Shown: positions 25,012-33,946 of the stretch, piece after piece
How the letters are laid out: every line of letters begins with the position of its first letter
Position numbering within the stretch: position 1 is the first letter of the stretch
IMG/VR virus record: IMGVR_UViG_3300045988_118718
Span: 1 to 40,482 of that record
Length of the DNA: 40,482 nt
Reading direction: 5' to 3' (one strand)
Origin: a virus
Made by a program: the position numbers and the translations under genes
The notes under the pieces: model-generated
What the model was told of the DNA's origin: nothing
Seen by the model: the letters and a program-made list of their open reading frames with translations, nothing else
The model's database searches: none

Positions 25012-25123
25012 CTAATCTGGTGTACCTTGCCTAGAAGTACACCACCTTTCTGATAGAGTGTGCAAAAATTAGATAATGCACACCCCCCCCCGATTCAAAA
25101 ATTGAATTTTCATAAGTTCCTCC
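25012..25123 (-). promoter_or_regulatory. structured leader A: strong SD, short ORF, G9 tract, hairpin HP1, SD-like box in hairpin HP2
   Basis: On the minus strand: AAGGAGG (25119..25125); ATG at 25113; G9 (25083..25091); HP1 GTGTGCA-N12-TGCACAC (25058..25083); AGAAAGGTGGTG (25040..25051); HP2 TGGTGTAC-N11-GTACACCA (25018..25044); cassette ATG at 25011. Confidence 0.6.
25083..25091 (-). repeat. homopolymer G9 (C9 on the plus strand)
   Basis: Counted directly. Confidence 0.95.
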
Positions 25124-25630
25124 TTACTGCCAATACACGGCTTCTTTTAAACTTTTTACAGGCTCTGCTACTCGTGTAACACTTGTGATGCTTGTACCTG
25201 TAAATCGAACTTGATATAAAGCAAATTCATCTGTAGTTGCACCTGCCGAGATATCTCCACTAGTTACGCTTGGAGCTACAGGTGTACCCGATGTGGAAGT
25301 TCCTTTTTTTACTGCCAGCGCCATACTTTCAACTTTGGTTGATGTGCTTTTGGTGTAACGACAAACAATCAAATCAATTCGATTCTGACCGCTTACTCCT
25401 GCGCTAAAAGTCACGTTTTCGGTTGTACCTTTTTTAATTCCTCCAAGCGCTCCTTTTTGGATCAAATCACCATCGGCAATACGGACGGTAGTGTTGTTTA
25501 CTACCGTAGCCGCTAACTTCTGACCTGTTCCTAGTACCACCGAATCGCTACCAAAGATACCTCTAATCAATCTACGTTCTTTTTCAGACGTTAAATGAGG
25601 TGTCCCCCTGTACCCTGTGATGATCTCCAT
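25124..25630 (-). CDS. tail fibre/baseplate-associated protein (BppU-N-like fold suspected)
   Basis: 168-aa ORF. Its N-terminal half resembles that of ORF 28008..28631 in pattern (…RIDLIVCRY… versus …RYDYVAIRY…). It is the last gene before the cassette array. Confidence 0.5.
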   Translation of the reverse strand: MEIITGYRGTPHLTSEKERRLIRGIFGSDSVVLGTGQKLAATVVNNTTVRIADGDLIQKGALGGIKKGTTENVTFSAGVSGQNRIDLIVCRYTKSTSTKVESMALAVKKGTSTSGTPVAPSVTSGDISAGATTDEFALYQVRFTGTSITSVTRVAEPVKSLKEAVYWQ

Positions 25631-26298
25631 TAGGCATCAACTTCTTTCCACGGCGCACCGACTGCACCCGGTTCCCAAACGTTGTTATCGGCAGTGGATT
25701 CCCAAGTTTTGCCATTGTGAGTCACCTTATCACCTGTCTTATACCCGTTGGTAGATCCTGGTTGTTCCCATTCTCCAATTTCGCCAGATTGTCCAGGCAA
25801 AACTTTTGCCCACAAGCTTGGTGCATCTGCAGGTGTCCAATCAGCCTGCGCATCATGCGCTTGTAAACATTTGTACAATGTACCGTTATAGGTTACACGT
25901 TCGTCCTTTTCGTAATGCTTAGAGTCGCTCCAAATATCAAACAAGTTCGGTACTAGCACTGCAGTTTCATCGTCCACAGTTCGCGCTTGGATCTTCGCCA
26001 ATGTTATAGCATCGGCATAAGCCTGTGTCTGCGCTTCGGGAGTTTCAGTTGGTTTATACATATTGATTCCGTAGATTTGACCTGTATAAACTTCTAAACT
26101 GTACAACTCCGTGTATCCTTCAACGACTGTTTCTGACTCATTATCATCAACAAATGTCATTTTGCGTGTCTTTAAAGGATCTTTAAAATGTTCTTTGAAT
26201 GTTTCGGGTGTTTCCAAAGTTCGAATATTCAAACGATTATCCTCAAATCCAAAGCATTGGATCGTCATTTCTGACAAATCGTTAAAAATTAGTTTCAT
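25630..26298 (-). CDS. tail-associated protein with two CBM5/12-type carbohydrate-binding motifs
   Basis: YEKDERVTYNGTLYKCLQAHDAQADWTPADAPSLWAKV and YKTGDKVTHNGKTWESTADNNVWEPGAVGAPWKEV fit the W/Y..GD.V.Y.G..Y.C…W.P…LW pattern. Confidence 0.65.
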   Translation of the reverse strand: MKLIFNDLSEMTIQCFGFEDNRLNIRTLETPETFKEHFKDPLKTRKMTFVDDNESETVVEGYTELYSLEVYTGQIYGINMYKPTETPEAQTQAYADAITLAKIQARTVDDETAVLVPNLFDIWSDSKHYEKDERVTYNGTLYKCLQAHDAQADWTPADAPSLWAKVLPGQSGEIGEWEQPGSTNGYKTGDKVTHNGKTWESTADNNVWEPGAVGAPWKEVDA

Positions 26299-26306
26299 AA
26301 GTCCTC

Positions 26307-26672
26307 CTATTCTTTTACATAGTCACCATACGTATCAGTTGTACTGATCGTGCCCCATGTAGCAGTACCGCTACTACCGCCATACTTTAGTACCTGTCCA
26401 TTTGATCCACCGCTAGGAATGTGCTTATTGCCTGCGGAAGTTGGGTGCGTATATACAGTGTCGGTAAACTTAGCGTTGCTCGGTACATCATCATTGACTG
26501 TGTGCCCGTTGACCGTATCGGCATCACCACCATTGGCAGGGAGCGAACTAGGAAAATCAGTAATCTGTGATTTCGTATGGCTATGATTCTTTGCAGCAAA
26601 GTTGCTTTTGACCTTGGTATATAACTTTGATAAAGCATAAGATAGCCTTACAAGGGATAAATACTTAAACAT
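26307..26672 (-). CDS. tail fibre protein segment
   Basis: NHSHTKSQITDFPSSLPANGGDADTVNGHT is a common fibre motif. Confidence 0.6.
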   Translation of the reverse strand: MFKYLSLVRLSYALSKLYTKVKSNFAAKNHSHTKSQITDFPSSLPANGGDADTVNGHTVNDDVPSNAKFTDTVYTHPTSAGNKHIPSGGSNGQVLKYGGSSGTATWGTISTTDTYGDYVKE

Positions 26673-26682
26673 AGCATCCCTC

Positions 26683-27471
26683 CTAAGATAGACTTTCGAT
26701 AATGTCGTCTATTTCTCCTGTACTGATTTCTACGAGATCGGTTGCTTCTACATATCCACTAAGATCAATGGTTCCGGACGTCACATCCCATGCTGTACCA
26801 TTCCAGATCACATTGTCACCGGCTTTGATGTTATGAGATGCATCGGCCTGTTCAACATTCCATACGTCACCAATAGCATTATTGCTTGTTGGCAGTTCAG
26901 CATAAGTTGTTTTGGTTCCTTTATACTTCAAAGCCGATGTAACATCAGCCTTTAGCGCATAGTTTTCCAGCTTACTGTCAACGGATGACGTAGTGGCATA
27001 TCCTTTGGATGAGATTGCTGATTCCACTTGTGAGGCCGTCTGATATCCCTTTTCGGTGATTGCTGCTTCCACCTGTTCGGAAGTTTGGTATCCTTTAGCC
27101 GTGATAGCACCATCAACCTGTGATGCATTTTGATACCCGGCATCATTGGTAAATTCACTAACATTTGTTGGCTTACCGATAACATTGTCCCAATTCACGG
27201 AATCCGCTTCTCCACCACCGGTAGCGCTTAAATTTCCATCATCATCAATGGCAAGTCCGGCGCCTACTTTGATACCTCCCAAAACATCTTTTTGAGCTTT
27301 CGGTAAGGTATAGTTCTGCAGACCTTCCAACTTTGTTTTTTCCTCAGTCGTAAAGTCATTCGTTGACAGTCCCTTGCCATCTTCCTTCTTAACAAAAAAG
27401 GCCGTTATTCTGCCCCATAAATAAGGCAGACCAACGTCCCTGTCTAAAAATCTAAATTTTCCATCACTCAT
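26683..27471 (-). CDS. tail fibre protein with 15-aa tandem repeats
   Basis: KGLSTNDFTTEEKTKLEGL motif and four GYQxxSQVxxAIxxK repeats. Confidence 0.7.
   Translation of the reverse strand: MSDGKFRFLDRDVGLPYLWGRITAFFVKKEDGKGLSTNDFTTEEKTKLEGLQNYTLPKAQKDVLGGIKVGAGLAIDDDGNLSATGGGEADSVNWDNVIGKPTNVSEFTNDAGYQNASQVDGAITAKGYQTSEQVEAAITEKGYQTASQVESAISSKGYATTSSVDSKLENYALKADVTSALKYKGTKTTYAELPTSNNAIGDVWNVEQADASHNIKAGDNVIWNGTAWDVTSGTIDLSGYVEATDLVEISTGEIDDIIESLS
26959..27138 (-). repeat. 4 x 45-nt in-frame tandem repeat (GYQ.ASQV..AI..K) inside the fibre gene
   Basis: Read from the translation, residues 112-171. Confidence 0.7.
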
Positions 27472-27719
27472 TTAAATGATCCTCCAAAAATTACTTTATC
27501 TATATCTTGTGGTGTCATAGCTTCCATTTTGTCCTGCAATCCATAATCCGCTGATACTTTCTCTCCTACGATTTCCTCACCATTTAATTTTGGTTTATCC
27601 GGTAGCTCTCCATAAGTCTTGGCACCACCCGTTGCAATGGTGATATTGCCTGTCAGTGTCTTTGTCTTATGGATATGACCGGTTAGCTTAGTCAAAATTG
27701 ACCTCCTTAAGAATCTCAA
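27468..27719 (-). CDS. small tail-module protein
   Basis: 83-aa ORF. Its start overlaps the upstream gene by 32 nt, so the real start may be further downstream. Confidence 0.45.
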   Translation of the reverse strand: MRFLRRSILTKLTGHIHKTKTLTGNITIATGGAKTYGELPDKPKLNGEEIVGEKVSADYGLQDKMEAMTPQDIDKVIFGGSFK

Positions 27720-28011
27720 ATAGACTCGGTGGAATCACGGTCGTAACATCTCCGTTGGCCTGTGTCAGTTGGATGTCATACACGTATTTCCCATAGTCCA
27801 GGTTTACTGTGTCCTCGTGTGAAATCGTAAAGGTTTCCCCGGATATGTTTTTCTGCAGAATGATCAAGGATGTGGATGTGTTCTTTTTCACAGTAAAGAC
27901 TAGCTGATCACCACTCTGCAGCGTATAAGGATCTCCTTTTTGATCTAGGATTTCTATTTCAAAGCGTGTTGTATCACCACGGATGATTCCAATATCATTC
28001 ATATTGCTCAC
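27688..28011 (-). CDS. Ig-like (BppU_N/DUF2479-like) tail protein
   Basis: IIRGDTTRFEIEILDQKGDPYTLQSGDQLVFTVKK pattern. Confidence 0.5.
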   Translation of the reverse strand: MSNMNDIGIIRGDTTRFEIEILDQKGDPYTLQSGDQLVFTVKKNTSTSLIILQKNISGETFTISHEDTVNLDYGKYVYDIQLTQANGDVTTVIPPSLFEILKEVNFD

Positions 28012-28631
28012 TCCTTCAGATAGTCATGCATGCTTGTCTTGATTTCGTCAATCTGAAGCTGCAGATTAGCTCCGATATCACCGCTCATCTGATCTTTGAT
28101 CTTATCAAAAAAGGCTGTCCACTGATCCTGGAATCCCTGTGTAGGAATCTTCGATAAAGTATCCACCGTCAATCCACAGAATGTTTCATCCATGCGGACA
28201 TCCATGATATTGTCTTGAGTGATCTCCCCTGCGCTCGCCGGTACAATTACGATTGCCAAGATCAAATCATACTGCGTTTGATTTCGAGTCGGAGCCGATG
28301 GCATTTCGGCTGTACCTTTGACATACACGACCTGTACCTGATTGCTGGACTGTGTGTAGCGGATAGCTACATAGTCATAGCGAGTATAGTATTCAGCCAC
28401 AGGAGCCACCAGGCTAACATCCTGGCGAGGGCAGAAGATTAAACCACCCATTTCATCCTCTTTGGTATGCGTAAAAGCCACACCATTTTTTACAGTTAAA
28501 TTCATTCCAGAGTTTGCCTGTACTTGGAAGTCATTGCCTGTAACATTTAAAATACCGGGTGTTCGCCCGGCATGAAAAAGGCGCATATCCTGCGCCAAGT
28601 AATACGTATCATCTAATGGGAAAGCTGTCAT
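28008..28631 (-). CDS. baseplate/tail structural protein
   Basis: 207-aa ORF coupled to its neighbours by ATGA-type overlaps. Confidence 0.5.
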   Translation of the reverse strand: MTAFPLDDTYYLAQDMRLFHAGRTPGILNVTGNDFQVQANSGMNLTVKNGVAFTHTKEDEMGGLIFCPRQDVSLVAPVAEYYTRYDYVAIRYTQSSNQVQVVYVKGTAEMPSAPTRNQTQYDLILAIVIVPASAGEITQDNIMDVRMDETFCGLTVDTLSKIPTQGFQDQWTAFFDKIKDQMSGDIGANLQLQIDEIKTSMHDYLKE

Positions 28632-29710
28632 GCAGTCACCCCTTTCTTAGCGGATGCTTCCTCCGCATATAGTGTCAATTCTATTTCAATAGTTTCCACA
28701 CCGTCTTCCTCGATCTCATTGATTCCGGATATTCGATACAGTGTGTTCTGAATATTGTATTTGACCGATTCAACCTTTACAATGTCGCCCAAATCATAAT
28801 CAATTCGGAAGCGGAACAAAGGATCGTTTGGATCTACTGTCACCGAGAATTTAACCACTGCTGAATGTTCGGCCAGGGCTTCCAATCCTTCATTACGTAA
28901 GACATTCTGATATTCCTCGTCCGTGTACGTCTGCTCATTGCCGGATTCATCAGTGTACTTTTTAGACGTATTCCGTGAATCCACATACAGCTCATATCGT
29001 TCACCACCATTGGATAAATCGACTTCCACCACGGTTCGTTCTTCGCCTTCCCCCTGTGCACAGACATAGGCAAAATTTTTATAATCCGATAGATCTCTTT
29101 CAACCGATTGAAACGTAATATTTGATAACTTGTCACTGAATTTCACATTTCGTTTTTTGCCACTGTACATTCCAAACTGATTTAAGGCTCCTGGAGATTT
29201 CCCGGCCAACTTATCAGCCAACATTCGGTATCCCAGTCCTGTTTGCTCACAGACAAGCTGCACGGTATCTCTGAGTGTTTCCCATGTAGATTCCATATCC
29301 AGTCCTGTAACCTGAAGTCCCTGTGGATCTGGTGCAAAATAGATATCCAAATTTCGCTGGTTGAATTGTATGCAATCCATAACATCACTTTCTACATTTG
29401 TACCAAAATGCCAGGTGCGAATATTGATACGTTGATCAAGATTATCCATATAGCCGCGGATTTCGATATCGCCCTGCGCTTCATCCTCCGATTCCTCATC
29501 GTGGAAAAAAGACACAAATCCGATTTCCTGTGTAGCCTGGTTTACAAACCTTGTAACACCTTCCTTGATGTTGGCCAGGTTCTCTTTGGTCGGTCGTACA
29601 TGGATCTCAAATTGTCCAGGTTCGGCATATTTCCTTTTCCATTGGATTGACGTATAGTTCTGAAGAATTCCTATTCGCTTACCCTGATCATCAAAAATCA
29701 TCATCTGCAT
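28628..29710 (-). CDS. tail-associated (Tal-like, Sipho_Gp37-like) protein
   Basis: 360 aa directly after Dit. The N-terminus MQMMIFDDQGKRIGILQNYTSIQWKRKYAEPGQFEIHV matches the Gp37-like family as I remember it. Confidence 0.65.
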   Translation of the reverse strand: MQMMIFDDQGKRIGILQNYTSIQWKRKYAEPGQFEIHVRPTKENLANIKEGVTRFVNQATQEIGFVSFFHDEESEDEAQGDIEIRGYMDNLDQRINIRTWHFGTNVESDVMDCIQFNQRNLDIYFAPDPQGLQVTGLDMESTWETLRDTVQLVCEQTGLGYRMLADKLAGKSPGALNQFGMYSGKKRNVKFSDKLSNITFQSVERDLSDYKNFAYVCAQGEGEERTVVEVDLSNGGERYELYVDSRNTSKKYTDESGNEQTYTDEEYQNVLRNEGLEALAEHSAVVKFSVTVDPNDPLFRFRIDYDLGDIVKVESVKYNIQNTLYRISGINEIEEDGVETIEIELTLYAEEASAKKGVTA

Positions 29711-29713
29711 AAG

Positions 29714-30577
29714 CTAAACTCCCGCATACGTGATTGCATATTCGATATCCAATTCCAGACTGTCTAACCCAGAATCCGCATCAAAGCGCAATGGATTTTC
29801 CCCGACATCCAGTTGAAAGAAGGAGGCATCAAAGTCCATATCCGGAAAGGCGTTGATTTCTTCACCATCTCGAATCAGATAACAGTAACAATCGTTAGGA
29901 ATCGTGGAAATCACAAGCTCATCATCGATCTGCATCGTCAACGAAGAAAACTTTAAAACCTCTTGTGTAACGACTTTCAGAAGTTCCGGACCTACCACGG
30001 TATCCTTGGCCACGAATCGAGCCACAAATCCAATCGGTACTGATCCGGAATTGATGATCGTACTCAACTGGTTGATCACTTTCTCCGATATTTTCCATTG
30101 TTCCGTACTGGAAAACGTGTAGGGGAATTTGAACCTTGCCTCATAGCTTACGAAGTTTAGGTATCCTCCATCGATGGCCTTCCAGTAAGGGAAAGCACAG
30201 AACATCGTAAATTGAAAGCTTTGCCAGTATGGATTGGTTGACATATCCGGAGTTTGAGTTGGTACGCCTTCCAGATACACATCAATACCGGCCTGATCAT
30301 CGATGTATCGAATACGAGCCGATACTGTAGGAAGAATGGTATCCAAGATCTTACGGCGTACCGTTGGATCATAACGATATCTACCTTCAAACGTTACGCT
30401 TTTCGGCTGCACTTTTTGACCAGTCAAAGATGCACCAATCTGTCCGGTAGACTGTGCAGAGGATACATCAATATCATTGCTGGATAGACCGTCAATCTGT
30501 ACCAAACGAATCCCTGTCTTCTTGGAGAATTCAACGGTTTGTCCATTCGCGTTTTCATAGATTACTGTTATCCCCAT
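29714..30577 (-). CDS. distal tail protein (Dit)
   Basis: 287 aa immediately after the tape measure, with the typical N-terminal beta-sandwich start (ITVIYENANGQTVEF…). Confidence 0.7.
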   Translation of the reverse strand: MGITVIYENANGQTVEFSKKTGIRLVQIDGLSSNDIDVSSAQSTGQIGASLTGQKVQPKSVTFEGRYRYDPTVRRKILDTILPTVSARIRYIDDQAGIDVYLEGVPTQTPDMSTNPYWQSFQFTMFCAFPYWKAIDGGYLNFVSYEARFKFPYTFSSTEQWKISEKVINQLSTIINSGSVPIGFVARFVAKDTVVGPELLKVVTQEVLKFSSLTMQIDDELVISTIPNDCYCYLIRDGEEINAFPDMDFDASFFQLDVGENPLRFDADSGLDSLELDIEYAITYAGV

Positions 30578-33500
30578 TTCTGCCTCCTTTGCATTTTCTG
30601 TGCTTCTCTTGCCATTTCAGACGGCCTCAATACTTTGGCACTGTTGACCGTTTGTTGGAAGTTATTGGTCGTCTGATTGACAACCGATGACCCAGCACCG
30701 GCATACTGTAGATTGTTGCTTAATACGCGACCTGCAGTATTCGAACTGATGATATCCTGCATCTTGGTCTTTAGGCCTTTTACACGGGATACTATTTTTG
30801 ATTCTGCTTTTAGCATGGCAGCCGTAAAGCTATCAGTCATGACTCTAGGTAATCCGCTCATTGTATCTTCCATCGTCTGATACATCGCATGACCCATATC
30901 ATCTACAGTATATTTTGCCGCCATGACCGGTAGATTTGCATTGTCTAAAATACCTTTCTCAAGGCCAGCCATTGCCCACATACCGTTTTCTGTTGTGGTT
31001 TTCCACGGTGATCCTTCACCGCCGGTTTCACGTATTTTGGCCAACGTTTGATTTACTACATTGGCTGCTGCTGTCAATGCTAAGCCAACACCACCAGAAA
31101 TGCCTCGTGCAAAACCAGCTGTAAGGTTATAACCAGAGTCATAAGCATTGCCACTGCCTAAGCCACTGACTGCAGTATTACTAACTTGTGTAGCACTTGT
31201 TTTAACAGCAGGTTCTCCTTCTTTTATACCTTTGCCAAGACTTTCAGAATTCTTTTTACCCTGTTGTTTTAATTCTGATTCTGCTTCAGCGCCTTCAATC
31301 ATGAGCTGCTTAATTTGTTCAATAGCATCAGCCGGCAAAATAGATCCATCAGATACACCTTGTGCCAAATCGGCCGGTACTTCTATACCAGCCTCTTCCG
31401 CTTTGGCCAACAAGTCATTGAATGTCATGATATCGGTCATCATCTGTACTGCCTGTTGTGGCTGATATTGACCACTCAGAATTCCATTAGATAGCCATTG
31501 TGGTACCTGTTGACCGGCGGCAGAGGATTCCTTCAGCAAATCATTAAAAGAGATCCATGCATTCATCTGTGCAACTGCCTGGCTTGGTAATAATTCACCT
31601 GTTTTAATTCCTTCAGTAATTGATTCAGGCACATTATATCCGGCATCTGTAGCCTGTTGACGTAAAGTGTCATAATTGACTAATGCTGTCATTTCTTCCA
31701 CTGATTCCGGTAAAGCGTATTGCCCTTCCTGGATTCCCTGTGTAATGGCTTCCGGGACCTCCACACCGGCTGCACGTGCGCCTTCGACTAACTCATTCAT
31801 CTTCTGTTTGAGCGTTTCGGTATCAAGAGCCTCATTGATTTTATCGCCCCAGGCATCCATCTCATCGGTCAGCCCATTCACTTCGTCTTGATAATCCGAT
31901 AACGTGTCTTTGGACTCTTTTAATGTTTGGTCAGCACCTTGAACATTTAATCTCGCTTTATCCAAAGCATTTGCTAATTCATTTTGGTTCGATGCATTTT
32001 CTTTTACTGCTTTGTTGTAAGCTTCCTGCGCCTCGTTAAGCTCCTTATGAGCCTTCTCTGAAGCTTTGGCATTTGTAGCTACTTGGTCTTCGGCATCTGC
32101 TAGATCCATTTGTGCTTGTGCTAAATCTTCGGCTGTTGATATCATATTTTCCTGATAAGCTTTGGCCATGATCATATCTTTCGAAGCTGATATATAGTTT
32201 CGTATCTCTTGTGTAGACATACTTAACTTATTCGCTTCTTCGTCATACTGTAGATTCAATCCCGGCATCAGCTCATTCAGTTTATCTACATATCCTGTCA
32301 TCAATTGTTTTTCTGCATTTGATAGCTGTTCTTTATTAGCCAATTCTTCTATTTTGGATGCCATTGTCTCGGCCACTGCCGATTCCGCTTGTGCGCTTTC
32401 TATGTTAGCCTCACGAGTTTCTCGGTTTTGTTCCATTTGCTCTCGCAGTTCTTCATATTTTTGGCGCATCTCTTCTGTGGCTACTGCATTTTCATCTTCT
32501 GCTTTTGCAGTTTCAATCAGATTTCCCACATAAGATACTAAAGCAATTCCTGCACCGGCGATCAATCCTGCCAACAAGCCCCATGCAGATCCCTTTTGAG
32601 CAATATTCAAAGCCTTTTGCGCAGTCTCTGCAGCTTTCGTTCCTTTTGTAAACACCGTAAGGGCTGCATTTGCTGTTTTGGTTGCTGCAGCTCCTAACAG
32701 AGCGGATGATTTATACATGATAAATGCAGTACCGGCACCTTTCATAACCGAAGTTAGTTCTTCGCCATGATCGATGCAGAACTGCAAGGCATCCACCACC
32801 GTATCCATTGCATCTTCAGCTGTTTTGCCAAATCCATCCCAGTCAACTTCTTTGATCATATCCTGCATGGCTCCGGATGCTTTATCCACTGCCGGTTTTA
32901 AAGCATTCAAAGCATTTGCTTTCAGATCATTCATTTCCGTCTTTAATGGGGTAACGGAACTTGCTAGATTGGCCTGCGCATCTTTCAAACGCAGTTCGGA
33001 TGCATTCAAATCTAAAGTACTTTGTGATAGTTCATCATACGTCTGTTTGGATTGACCAAACGTCTGATTCAATGTCTGTGCAATCAGATCCGCACGCTCC
33101 TGTGTGTCGGCACATGCCGCCAATGCAGCGCTGTAGGCATCTTCCTGTGTTTCTCCATCAGCAATCGCTTTATTAAAAGCTTTCTGCGCCTCTGTGTGTC
33201 CTGCCATAGCTGCCGACCAATCTTCGTTAGACCGTCTGGCCCAGTTGATGGCATCGGCCAAAGTACCTGTTACATGTGCAACCTGTGCCGATTCGTTCAT
33301 CGATTCGGTCAAAGATTCAATCGGAATACTATCACCATAAGCCGACCATACACCAATGGCAGCACTTGCAGATGCACTAACGGTATCGGTAGATACCTTC
33401 ATACCTAGTAAGTTTGTAATAGCGTTGGTCGCCATCTGATCATCACCTAAGTATTTATAAAATTCCTGATACTGCCCTTTGGCATAGTCCACAGAGTATC

Positions 33501-33942
33501 CAAATGTCGTAGCTGATCCGGACAACTTTGCCTGCATCGTACTGTATTCGGATGTGGCATCGATTAAATCAAACAGACTTCCGGCTAAACTTCCTACTTT
33601 ACCGATAACCGTCTGAATCACACTTGATCCAAGATCGGCCAGGATACCTTTGAATACTGTAAATCCCTGTGTAGCTGGCTTGGTCTGCTCCGGAAGTCTA
33701 TCCATTCCATTTCCAAGACCTTCGATATCATCCTGTGCCTGCTGTGCAGACTGCTTTAATTCATCAAGACTTCCGGATGCTCTGGATGCACCTTTGGCCA
33801 TATCATCAAAATCGGCACCATCGAGGCTCTTTTTGGCTGTATCGCCAAGGTCTTCAATCTTCTTTTCCGATTCACTGACCTTTTTATTCACATCTGTATT
33901 GTCAAGATCAATCTTGATGCTTACAGATCCCTGATTTGCCAT
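30568..33942 (-). CDS. tail tape measure protein
   Basis: 1124 aa, Ala/Gln/Glu-rich and helical, with a hydrophobic central segment and internal repeats, following the two chaperone-position genes. Confidence 0.9.
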   Translation of the reverse strand: MANQGSVSIKIDLDNTDVNKKVSESEKKIEDLGDTAKKSLDGADFDDMAKGASRASGSLDELKQSAQQAQDDIEGLGNGMDRLPEQTKPATQGFTVFKGILADLGSSVIQTVIGKVGSLAGSLFDLIDATSEYSTMQAKLSGSATTFGYSVDYAKGQYQEFYKYLGDDQMATNAITNLLGMKVSTDTVSASASAAIGVWSAYGDSIPIESLTESMNESAQVAHVTGTLADAINWARRSNEDWSAAMAGHTEAQKAFNKAIADGETQEDAYSAALAACADTQERADLIAQTLNQTFGQSKQTYDELSQSTLDLNASELRLKDAQANLASSVTPLKTEMNDLKANALNALKPAVDKASGAMQDMIKEVDWDGFGKTAEDAMDTVVDALQFCIDHGEELTSVMKGAGTAFIMYKSSALLGAAATKTANAALTVFTKGTKAAETAQKALNIAQKGSAWGLLAGLIAGAGIALVSYVGNLIETAKAEDENAVATEEMRQKYEELREQMEQNRETREANIESAQAESAVAETMASKIEELANKEQLSNAEKQLMTGYVDKLNELMPGLNLQYDEEANKLSMSTQEIRNYISASKDMIMAKAYQENMISTAEDLAQAQMDLADAEDQVATNAKASEKAHKELNEAQEAYNKAVKENASNQNELANALDKARLNVQGADQTLKESKDTLSDYQDEVNGLTDEMDAWGDKINEALDTETLKQKMNELVEGARAAGVEVPEAITQGIQEGQYALPESVEEMTALVNYDTLRQQATDAGYNVPESITEGIKTGELLPSQAVAQMNAWISFNDLLKESSAAGQQVPQWLSNGILSGQYQPQQAVQMMTDIMTFNDLLAKAEEAGIEVPADLAQGVSDGSILPADAIEQIKQLMIEGAEAESELKQQGKKNSESLGKGIKEGEPAVKTSATQVSNTAVSGLGSGNAYDSGYNLTAGFARGISGGVGLALTAAANVVNQTLAKIRETGGEGSPWKTTTENGMWAMAGLEKGILDNANLPVMAAKYTVDDMGHAMYQTMEDTMSGLPRVMTDSFTAAMLKAESKIVSRVKGLKTKMQDIISSNTAGRVLSNNLQYAGAGSSVVNQTTNNFQQTVNSAKVLRPSEMAREAQKMQRRQKWG
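31300..31780 (-). repeat. about four tandem repeats of roughly 38-40 aa within the tape measure (AG..VP..I..GI..G…P..AV..M……FNDLL)
   Basis: Read from the translation. Coordinates are approximate. Confidence 0.6.
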
Positions 33943-33946
33943 TTCA

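Noticed and set aside
25018-25044. Resemblance of the second leader hairpins to preQ1-I riboswitches: a loop UUCUAG… and a possible loop-tail CUAG/UUAG pseudoknot.
   Set aside because: The A-rich 3' tail characteristic of preQ1-I aptamers is missing. Stem and loop lengths differ. The genome has no queuosine-related genes. The similarity is probably superficial.
24092-25123. Stop-codon readthrough or recoding, or gene-60-like ribosomal bypassing, that would fuse the leader ORFs to cassettes 1 and 3. With G9 both leader ATGs are in the same frame as the cassette ATG. They are separated by one stop (TAG) in leader B and two stops (TAA, TAG) in leader A.
   Set aside because: All other genes read cleanly in the standard code and there is no suppressor tRNA. 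The in-frame relationship has a 1-in-3 chance per leader. I saw no matched take-off and landing codons. It remains only a remote alternative to the coupling and phase-variation idea.
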